Source: a virus (taxonomy: Duplodnaviria; Heunggongvirae; Uroviricota; Caudoviricetes). Taken from it: a stretch of DNA of 64,000 bases. The stretch covers positions 40,100 through 104,099 of IMG/VR virus record IMGVR_UViG_3300035212_002004; one strand, written 5' to 3'. The position numbers and the translations under genes are program-made. Below, one piece after another: positions 7,620-13,474 of this stretch. Each line of letters begins with the position of its first letter. Positions within the stretch are counted from its first letter, which is position 1. The notes beneath the pieces are model-generated. The model did no database searches. It was not told the DNA's origin and was given only the letters and a program-made list of their open reading frames with translations.

Positions 7620-7686
7620 AGACTGTAGGATATCGCTTAACCTACGAAGTTGATCACACTTCTTTTCTATACGAACGATTTTTTTG

Positions 7687-7759
7687 TATCCCTGACTGGA
7701 GTCGAACCAGCAGCTTACGAGGCTTAAACTCGTTGTGTTTACCATTTCACCACAGGGAT
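7687..7759 (-). tRNA. tRNA-Leu (TAA) lacking the long variable arm
   Basis: ATCCCTG/CAGGGAT acceptor, A73, ACGAG-TTTAAGC-CTCGT arm, variable region only AAGCT. Confidence 0.8.
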
Positions 7760-7854
7760 GTAAAGCCAATCCCGTAGATTGGCAGCTCAACTTTAGGCAT
7801 TGAGTTTGCAAGAACTAGTCTCTGGCCAAGTCAATCTCCCTTTGGGAGTTGTCG

Positions 7855-7927
7855 TGTGAAAGGTGGGACTCGAACCCACAATCTCCTGAATCACAATCAG
7901 ACGCTTTACCATTCAGCTACAATCACC
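7855..7927 (-). tRNA. tRNA-His (GTG)
   Basis: Extra 5' G(-1), loop TT-GTG-AT, canonical T-arm; position 73 reads A. Confidence 0.88.
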
Positions 7928-7934
7928 ATGTTAG

Positions 7935-8003
7935 TACCGAGTGTTGGATTCGAACCAACCTAAGGGCGGATATGAGCCATCCTTGATCCCAAGCTCCCTC
8001 GGT
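7935..8003 (-). tRNA. tRNA with CAT anticodon (elongator Met or Ile2), short D-arm
   Basis: ACCGAG/CTCGGT acceptor, loop CT-CAT-AT, T-arm GTTGG-TTCGAAT-CCAAC. Confidence 0.7.
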
Positions 8004-8008
8004 AATTA

Positions 8009-8073
8009 AAAGTAACGTAGGACTCGAACCTACTCATGCCAAGTTAATAGCAATTATCCACCATGCATTACTT
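8009..8073 (-). ncRNA. Degenerate tRNA-like RNA
   Basis: 7-bp acceptor AAGTAAT/GTTACTT and canonical T-arm GTAGG-TTCGAGT-CCTAC; anticodon stem TGCTA/TGGCA closes a 6-nt loop TTAACT; no clear D-arm. Confidence 0.55.
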
Positions 8074-8076
8074 TTG

Positions 8077-8159
8077 AGGAAAGAATGAGAATCGAACTCA
8101 ATCCAATTACGAACGTCTCGCTTAGCAGGCGGACTCAACACCATGTTGATTTACTTTCC
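8077..8159 (-). tRNA. tRNA-Ser (GCT)
   Basis: Loop CT-GCT-AA, long variable region, canonical T-arm. Confidence 0.85.
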
Positions 8160-8165
8160 ATTTTG

Positions 8166-8237
8166 TACTCCTAGGAAGAATTGAACTTCCATTTCATCCT
8201 TATCAGAGATGTGTGCTAACCATTCTACTATAGGAGC
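8166..8237 (-). tRNA. tRNA-Ile (GAT)
   Basis: CATCT-CTGATAA-GGATG arm. Confidence 0.92.
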
Positions 8238-8359
8238 AATTTGTAACGTTTAATCTGATAACCTTACGAAGAGTTGTTCCTTATTAATCCAATTGTAATG
8301 TTAGTTGTTGGAGGGAAAGTTACACATCTAAACCCGTCAGGAGATACTAACACCCCTTG

Positions 8360-8431
8360 CTCCTCCCCTAGGACTCGAACCTAGATAAGATGATTAACAG
8401 TCATCCGTAATAACCTTTATACGAGAGAGGA
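8360..8431 (-). tRNA. tRNA-Asn (GTT)
   Basis: GATGA-CTGTTAA-TCATC arm, G73. Confidence 0.92.
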
Positions 8432-8437
8432 ATTTTG

Positions 8438-8606
8438 AGCCACATAACAGGAATCGAACCTGTCTGCTGAATCTTGTCAAATACTCTCATCTTGTCGACC
8501 TTTCAGAGGCATATTCTATTTAACCCTTTATGATCTTCCACCCTACGTCTAGGACAGTCCATACATAATTGACTAAAAGATCCAGTCGTCACCGTTGACT
8601 ATGGAC
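8438..8606 (-). ncRNA. tRNA-shaped RNA with a ~100-nt insertion in the anticodon loop
   Basis: D-stem GTC/GAC, anticodon-type stem GGATCTT/AAGATTC, 5-nt variable loop, canonical T-arm ACAGG-TTCGATT-CCTGT, bulged acceptor, 3' N73-CA like neighbouring tRNAs. Confidence 0.65.
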
Positions 8607-8613
8607 TTGTTTG

Positions 8614-8686
8614 TGGACCCTGTAGGAATCGAACCTACTCCTCTAGTTCTTCAGACTAGCGTACGCACCAGCTATACCAAAGGTCC
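8614..8686 (-). tRNA. tRNA-Phe (GAA)
   Basis: CTAGT-CTGAAGA-ACTAG arm. Confidence 0.92.
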
Positions 8687-8699
8687 AAGGTTAATAAAG

Positions 8700-8770
8700 T
8701 GGGGCCAGTAGGAATCGAACCTACCCAGTGAGCTTTTACAGAGCTGCTCGGCACCTTGCCTGTTGTCCCC
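8700..8770 (-). tRNA. tRNA-Tyr (GTA) lacking the long variable arm
   Basis: Loop CT-GTA-AA, G1:C72, A73, variable region only 5 nt. Confidence 0.8.
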
Positions 8771-8816
8771 AATTACACTTTCCAATTAAATCTGTATAAG
8801 TGTGAAACCCTCTTCG

Positions 8817-8887
8817 TACCTCGTAGTGGAATCGAACCACTGCCATTTCCATGTAAAAGAAATACGCTTCCATTACGCCAACGAGGC
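8817..8887 (-). tRNA. tRNA-Val (TAC)
   Basis: TTTCT-TTTACAT-GGAAA arm, canonical T-arm. Confidence 0.9.
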
Positions 8888-8934
8888 AAATGCACTTCCT
8901 GTTCTCTACGGTATAGTATAGTGCTAACCATTTG

Positions 8935-9005
8935 TACCCCCTGAAGGTAATGCTCCTTCTTCCCGATATTAAAAGTATCGTGCTTCACTTTAAAGCCTAG
9001 AGGGC
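8935..9005 (-). tRNA. tRNA-Lys (TTT), non-canonical T-loop
   Basis: CGATA-CTTTTAA-TATCG arm; T-arm GAAGG-AGCATTA-CCTTC. Confidence 0.85.
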
Positions 9006-9068
9006 AAATTTAATTCTATGCGTCGGTGCTTATTAGGCGGTGATCTATGAATTAGTAACAGTCTCTCG

Positions 9069-9139
9069 TCTAATAGTTAGGATTCGAACCTAAGTACTGC
9101 TCAGTCCAAGTGAGCCATGAAACCGTGCTTCGCTACTAG
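9069..9139 (-). tRNA. tRNA-Pro (TGG)
   Basis: C1:G72, GCTCA-CTTGGAC-TGAGC arm, canonical T-arm. Confidence 0.88.
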
Positions 9140-9150
9140 AAATTTATTTG

Positions 9151-9221
9151 TTGCCCATGAAGGTAACGCTCCTTCTCCGCATGTGTCAAAGACATGTGTA
9201 CTACTTTTATACGAACGGGCA
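9151..9221 (-). tRNA. tRNA-Gln (TTG), non-canonical T-loop
   Basis: TGCCCGT/ATGGGCA acceptor, CATGT-CTTTGAC-ACATG arm, T-loop AGCGTTA. Confidence 0.85.
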
Positions 9222-9226
9222 CAATG

Positions 9227-9667
9227 CTATTTTAAATTATGTTTTATTTTTAATCTATGGACTCTATTGTAATTATCACCTTTTGGAGATAAACCAGCAT
9301 CTCTTAATATGTCAGCTATACTTCCTCCTTTTTTTATAGATTCAATTAATACATCTTCATGCACCCATTTAGTATGGGTTTCTTTTTTATAGTTTTTAGA
9401 TCTAAAAGTTGATGTTTGTGAATGACAATTAGGACACATATATCTTAAATTCCCTCTAGTATTATTATGTTTATCACCATCTATATGGTCTAATTCTAAT
9501 AAAAGAGGTTTTTCATTCCATTCTTCTAATATTCCACATTCTACACATTTAGGTTCTCCTAACCATTTATCTTTTTTTAACCAGTCTCTAAAAGCAGGAA
9601 CAAATGTTATTGTCATTTCCCCATTTAATATTTTTTCAATATTATTTTTAATATCAGTACGTTTCAT
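9227..9667 (-). CDS. HNH endonuclease inside the tRNA array
   Basis: CVECG...LELDHIDGDKHNN...NLRYMCPNCHSQT; likely start MKRTDIK at 9667 after an ATATTTAT motif (the ORF-track start at 9751 lies inside tRNA-Ser). Confidence 0.88.
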   Translation of the reverse strand: MKRTDIKNNIEKILNGEMTITFVPAFRDWLKKDKWLGEPKCVECGILEEWNEKPLLLELDHIDGDKHNNTRGNLRYMCPNCHSQTSTFRSKNYKKETHTKWVHEDVLIESIKKGGSIADILRDAGLSPKGDNYNRVHRLKIKHNLK

Positions 9668-9726
9668 ATAATATATTTGATAATAAATATTACATCGTCT
9701 TAAAGACTTAAACATACTTTTAATAG

Positions 9727-9810
9727 AAGAGAGTGTGGGACTCGAACCCACAACGGTTTAACCCGCTACGACTTTTCAAGAGTCGCTCTTGATCCAGCCA
9801 GATACTCTCC
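9727..9810 (-). tRNA. tRNA-Ser (TGA)
   Basis: CGACT-CTTGAAA-AGTCG arm, long variable arm GCGGGTTAAACCGT. Confidence 0.9.
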
Positions 9811-9898
9811 ATCTTATTCTATCCAATATGTCAATGAACTACTTATTTTTCTTATGCTTCAATATACGAACCCTTTTTACGGTATCCAAATCTTTTGT

Positions 9899-9931
9899 AA
9901 AAAAAACTCGAATCTTTTTATTTGATCCGAG
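9899..9931 (-). terminator. Intrinsic terminator
   Basis: CTCGGATC-AAATAAAAA-GATTCGAG hairpin followed by T8. Confidence 0.75.
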
Positions 9932-9965
9932 TTTCTTATTAGAATTTATATGTTATATCTCTATA

Positions 9966-10100
9966 TCATACCTCGGTACCACCTTGTTTCGGTTCATTAT
10001 TATATGTAAAGCCAATGACAAAATCATTCCATAACGAACTGGCTGACATTGTCAGTGATCTCGAGGCTTGATGTTGTTGTATGTTTTGAATTTGTATCAT
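9966..10100 (-). CDS. Putative Gln-rich leader peptide (44 aa)
   Basis: MIQIQNIQQHQASRSLTMSASSLWNDFVIGFTYNNEPKQGGTEV; 5 CAA codons in the first 11; ATATTTAT motif at 10117-10124 upstream, terminator downstream. Confidence 0.55.
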   Translation of the reverse strand: MIQIQNIQQHQASRSLTMSASSLWNDFVIGFTYNNEPKQGGTEV

Positions 10101-10153
10101 TTTGTTTTATGTGATTATAAATATATATAAGGAATAGAAACCTTGAATTATTT

Positions 10154-10414
10154 TTACCCTTTTAATAATTTTTTCTTATCTTTACTTTTAGCTAACCTAC
10201 TATCTAGGTACTGAATGGTGTCTACATGAAGTCTGTCAGTTCGATCTATTTCTTGATCAATTCTACGATTCACTAATTCATCATTTTTGTAAAGGGTATT
10301 AATAATCTCTGTTTCATTACCTTTTAAAGCAGTTACTTGCTTTGATACCTTGTTTAGTTTTACTCCTTGGTAAACTAAGGTGATAATTGCTGCACCTAAT
10401 AAAAATTCTGTCAT
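10154..10414 (-). CDS. Hypothetical protein, N-terminal TM plus coiled coil
   Basis: 86 aa ORF. Confidence 0.7.
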   Translation of the reverse strand: MTEFLLGAAIITLVYQGVKLNKVSKQVTALKGNETEIINTLYKNDELVNRRIDQEIDRTDRLHVDTIQYLDSRLAKSKDKKKLLKG

Positions 10415-10436
10415 AATAATTTGATTTTAGAATTAG

Positions 10437-10535
10437 AGCTAAGGCCGGACTCGAACCGGATACCGTTTCATTTAAAACGGACTAGACAACCATTTGACTG
10501 GATTCGGAAACCATTCCTCATTACGCCCACTTAGC
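10437..10535 (-). ncRNA. tRNA-like RNA (99 nt) without a canonical anticodon arm
   Basis: Acceptor GCTAAG/CTTAGC, T-arm CCGG-TTCGAGT-CCGG, three small internal hairpins. Confidence 0.6.
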
Positions 10536-10540
10536 TTTTT

Positions 10541-10627
10541 GGAATCGGTGAGGGATTCGAACCCTCATCTGGACTTACCGTCCATGTTAACCCTAGCAGG
10601 TATGCTCCTGTTGACACCAACCGATTC
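10541..10627 (-). ncRNA. tRNA-like RNA (87 nt), 8-bp acceptor, long variable arm, poorly paired anticodon arm
   Basis: GAATCGGT/ACCGATTC, T-arm GAGGG-TTCGAAT-CCCTC, variable arm TGGAC-GGTAA-GTCCA, CT-GCT-AG loop without a proper stem. Confidence 0.6.
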
Positions 10628-10632
10628 TTTTT

Positions 10633-10790
10633 TTACCAACCTTGGTCTTTCTTGTAGCCTTCCGAGTTATCAGTTACGGGGCTTGTACAAGATCAGGGTT
10701 TCTGATTAATGATTTGCTTGTACTCTAGATTACTATAAACCCTTTTTCATCCGTTTAGCATCATCATTAATTAACAGCGAGCATTGGTAA
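10633..10790 (-). ncRNA. Candidate pseudoknotted ncRNA (~160 nt)
   Basis: Closing stem TTACCAA/TTGGTAA; interleaved stems TTAATGAT/ATCATTAA and AGGGTTT/AAACCCT. Confidence 0.5.
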
Positions 10791-10794
10791 TTTG

Positions 10795-10899
10795 TAGTCA
10801 GGACAGGAATCGAACCTGTATACCTCGTTTATCTGTTGGAACGAGTACTCCCAATGGTTGCGACCCATACACTGCGTTTCCCATTTTCGCCACCTGACT
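10795..10899 (-). ncRNA. tRNA-like RNA (105 nt) with extended anticodon and variable arms
   Basis: AGTCAGG/CCTGACT acceptor, A73, D-stem GCG/CGC, ATGG-GTCGCAA-CCAT hairpin, CTCGTT/AACGAG arm, canonical T-arm. Confidence 0.65.
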
Positions 10900-11024
10900 A
10901 TTTTATAAAACATTCCAGCCACATTGGGAGAGCCGCAGTTCCCACGTTGTTTAAAGACTTTCTTGGCGGACCTATCTACTGGGGTGTGTTTTACTTATAC
11001 TTAAATATACGAACTTTAGTTTAA

Positions 11025-11312
11025 TTATCCAACTTCTTTGGACATTTTTTCTAACATTTCGTAAGTTTTTTCAAAAATATCTGGTTTACATGGATAAAAT
11101 TCTCCTTGTACTCCTTTTATGATAAAATCACCTACACTAGCTGTCATATCTCCTTCTAGAGTTTCGATTGTAATTTTTCCTGATGGATTACCTTCTTCAG
11201 GACTTGTTTTAGTCCTGATTGAGGTTTTCATAAATTCAGCTATTTCTCCTTGATTTGTTCCATCCCATCGAACTGCTTCAATTACAACTGGTTTCTTTCT
11301 GTAGAGAGCCAT
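11025..11312 (-). CDS. Conserved phage protein (YRKKPVVIEA...TLEG...GDFII.G..GEFYPCKPDIF type)
   Basis: Recognisable motif pattern of a common small phage protein; function unknown. Confidence 0.8.
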   Translation of the reverse strand: MALYRKKPVVIEAVRWDGTNQGEIAEFMKTSIRTKTSPEEGNPSGKITIETLEGDMTASVGDFIIKGVQGEFYPCKPDIFEKTYEMLEKMSKEVG

Positions 11313-11710
11313 TAAAAACTTACTGTTGAAAGTACTTTAATAATAGTAAATTCAGGATCAAAATCTTTGTCTAATTGTTTTGCAACTAATAAATCGATTG
11401 ATGTTCCGTTTTTTTGCTCAACCCATAACTCTTTTACAAATTCTGAAGATGTTACTTCATTTTTGTCGTTTCTTCCTACTGTAAATACAGCTACTTTTAC
11501 TTGTTTGCTCATGTTTTTTATTGGTGTTACGGCTGTTGATAAGCCTAAATTATTTGAATAATTAATTGTTGAATTTCCTGATAGGGTTAATCCTGAATTG
11601 GGGTGGGATACTGTAAGTATTGAGTTAGGATTAGTACATCCCATTCCTATTGTTCCTGAGTATCCAACTGTTGTTCCGGTTGTTCCTAGCCAACTTTGTG
11701 TTTCGTTCAT
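11312..11710 (-). CDS. Hypothetical protein
   Basis: 132 aa ORF overlapping its neighbours by 1-4 nt. Confidence 0.7.
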   Translation of the reverse strand: MNETQSWLGTTGTTVGYSGTIGMGCTNPNSILTVSHPNSGLTLSGNSTINYSNNLGLSTAVTPIKNMSKQVKVAVFTVGRNDKNEVTSSEFVKELWVEQKNGTSIDLLVAKQLDKDFDPEFTIIKVLSTVSF

Positions 11711-12138
11711 AATTTTAGATAATCTTTTAAATTAATATTTTGTGTTTTTTCTTGATAATGAAAATCTGTATGGCAATTTCTACAAAGCACTTTACATTTC
11801 CGTATTTCAGTTTTAATAATATTTAAAGTGTAAGTTTTAAAATATGGTAAAGCATGTTCTTTAGTATCAGGATCTATATGGTGAAAATCTAAAACCCAAA
11901 ATCTTTTTTCTCCACATTTTTGGCACCCACAATACTTTTTGTACCTATTCATAAATTCTTGACCTCTATTATAACTCTTTTTACTAGCCTTTATTTGATA
12001 CTTTTTATAAACATCACTATTAGCTTTATTATGTATAGCATTATAAGAATGTTGACATAATTTACATTTACCTCCACCTTTATAAAAATCGGTTAATGGT
12101 TTAGTTTCATTACAAGAAGGGCATTTTTTATTATTCAT
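11707..12138 (-). CDS. HNH-type putative homing endonuclease
   Basis: CPSC..CKLC zinc ribbon; CGCQKCG...LDFHHIDP...KCKVLCRNCH. Confidence 0.82.
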   Translation of the reverse strand: MNNKKCPSCNETKPLTDFYKGGGKCKLCQHSYNAIHNKANSDVYKKYQIKASKKSYNRGQEFMNRYKKYCGCQKCGEKRFWVLDFHHIDPDTKEHALPYFKTYTLNIIKTEIRKCKVLCRNCHTDFHYQEKTQNINLKDYLKL

Positions 12139-12150
12139 AATTTACATTTT

Positions 12151-12183
12151 AGGTCCGGTTATAAATATTAAGAAACCGGACCT
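12151..12183 (-). terminator. Hairpin after queC with the ATATTTAT motif in its loop
   Basis: AGGTCCGGTT/AACCGGACCT 10-bp stem; loop contains ATATTTAT (12161-12168). Confidence 0.55.
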
Positions 12184-12191
12184 TTTGTAAA

Positions 12192-13067
12192 TTATTTTAT
12201 ATGGTTTTCTAAAACTTGAGCAACATGATCCCTAGCAATTTCCCAACTTACAGGACCTTCTTCAAGGTTCGCATAAGCAACTGGATCTTTTCTTCCTAGT
12301 TTAATAAATGCTTCGATACGTTCTACTGAAGATGCTGATTTATAATCTGAGAACCATTCTCCTGTCCAAACATTAAATTCTTTACCTGGGAATTGTCCTT
12401 CTTTCCAGGGTTTATATCCCTCAATCCAAATTGGCTTATAAGAAGTATTAGTTCTCGAATAAACTTCATCAAAATCTAATCCTAATTCTCTACACAATAC
12501 CTCTCCATCTTTTAAGATATCGAATTTATCTCCTTCTAAATAAGGTGTAAAATAACCTACTCTTTCAGCTTCCCAATTTCCTAATCTAAAAGCTGTATCA
12601 TCAGCATCTCTAAACTCTTGTCTACAATCAGGATAAATTGCATGATCACCAGCATGAATACCTAAAGCAATATCACAAGTTTCTCCTGTTCTATTTGCAA
12701 CTGATAAAGCTACTGCTTGAGAAATTGAAGCAAATATTTTGTTTCTATTAGGAACAACTGTTGCTTTCATATTATCTTCTGCATAATGACCTTCAGGTAC
12801 ATCTTCACCTCCTGTTACTAAAGCTGAATCTAATAAATCAACTAATCCATCTAGTTTAATTTGACGATAACGTAATTCAGTCTGTGATGATGATTCCTCT
12901 CCAATATAGTTTACTAAGGATTGAGCTCTCTCTAGCTCTACTCTGTGTTTTTGACCGTAATCAAAGCTAATAGCAGTGACTGTGTCATACTCTTTTAGAC
13001 ATCTAAGCAATAATGTGCTTGAGTCCATTCCTCCACTTAAGGATACTACAACATGTTTTTTAGACAT
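12192..13067 (-). CDS. queC: 7-cyano-7-deazaguanine synthase QueC
   Basis: SGGMDS PP-loop, FDYGQKH, VPNRN, GIHAGDHAIYPDCR motifs. Confidence 0.93.
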   Translation of the reverse strand: MSKKHVVVSLSGGMDSSTLLLRCLKEYDTVTAISFDYGQKHRVELERAQSLVNYIGEESSSQTELRYRQIKLDGLVDLLDSALVTGGEDVPEGHYAEDNMKATVVPNRNKIFASISQAVALSVANRTGETCDIALGIHAGDHAIYPDCRQEFRDADDTAFRLGNWEAERVGYFTPYLEGDKFDILKDGEVLCRELGLDFDEVYSRTNTSYKPIWIEGYKPWKEGQFPGKEFNVWTGEWFSDYKSASSVERIEAFIKLGRKDPVAYANLEEGPVSWEIARDHVAQVLENHIK

Positions 13068-13115
13068 AATTTATAATTTAATTTGTGCCAGGTATTTGAA
13101 ACGTATAGGCAAACG

Positions 13116-13340
13116 TTATTTTTGTTCTCCGTTGTAAATTTTCTTTCCAAAATATTCATCAAGAAATTCTCTACGATAAAGTTTTACTTTACCTGTGTAT
13201 TTAGGATTTGACACTTCTTGTTCTTGAATAGTTTCTCTTAATTTAACAGCAACTTCTGCTACTTCTTTTCCTAATTCTGATCCTGCGGCTCTGCCTAGAT
13301 ACTCATAAAGAGACATCATGTACAGTTTTTGTGCTTCCAT
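13116..13340 (-). CDS. Hypothetical protein
   Basis: 74 aa ORF between queC and the TGT-like gene. Confidence 0.7.
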   Translation of the reverse strand: MEAQKLYMMSLYEYLGRAAGSELGKEVAEVAVKLRETIQEQEVSNPKYTGKVKLYRREFLDEYFGKKIYNGEQK

Positions 13341-13474
13341 AACTCTATTTTTGTTTTAGTTTTTTTAATCCCCAAGGATGATAAATTATTTCAAAGGTTT
13401 CAGTATCATATTGGGCCATTCTTTGAAATCCATACCCAAATATTCTTAATATGGGGTTTACAAACTGGGCTAAC

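Noticed and set aside
7378-7684. Hammerhead, pistol or HDV/theta ribozyme assignment for the repeated spacer
   Set aside because: CTGATCA is not the CUGAUGA core and there is no GAAA partner; element order does not fit pistol or HDV topology by eye. Left unassigned.
8438-8606. Canonical tmRNA
   Set aside because: Too short (169 nt), no G3:U70 Ala acceptor, no convincing resume codon or tag; kept only as an unclassified tRNA-like RNA.
4770-8988. Minus-strand ORFs 4770-4991, 7605-7811 and 8773-8988
   Set aside because: They run through tRNA genes and are by-products of GC-richer RNA sequence.
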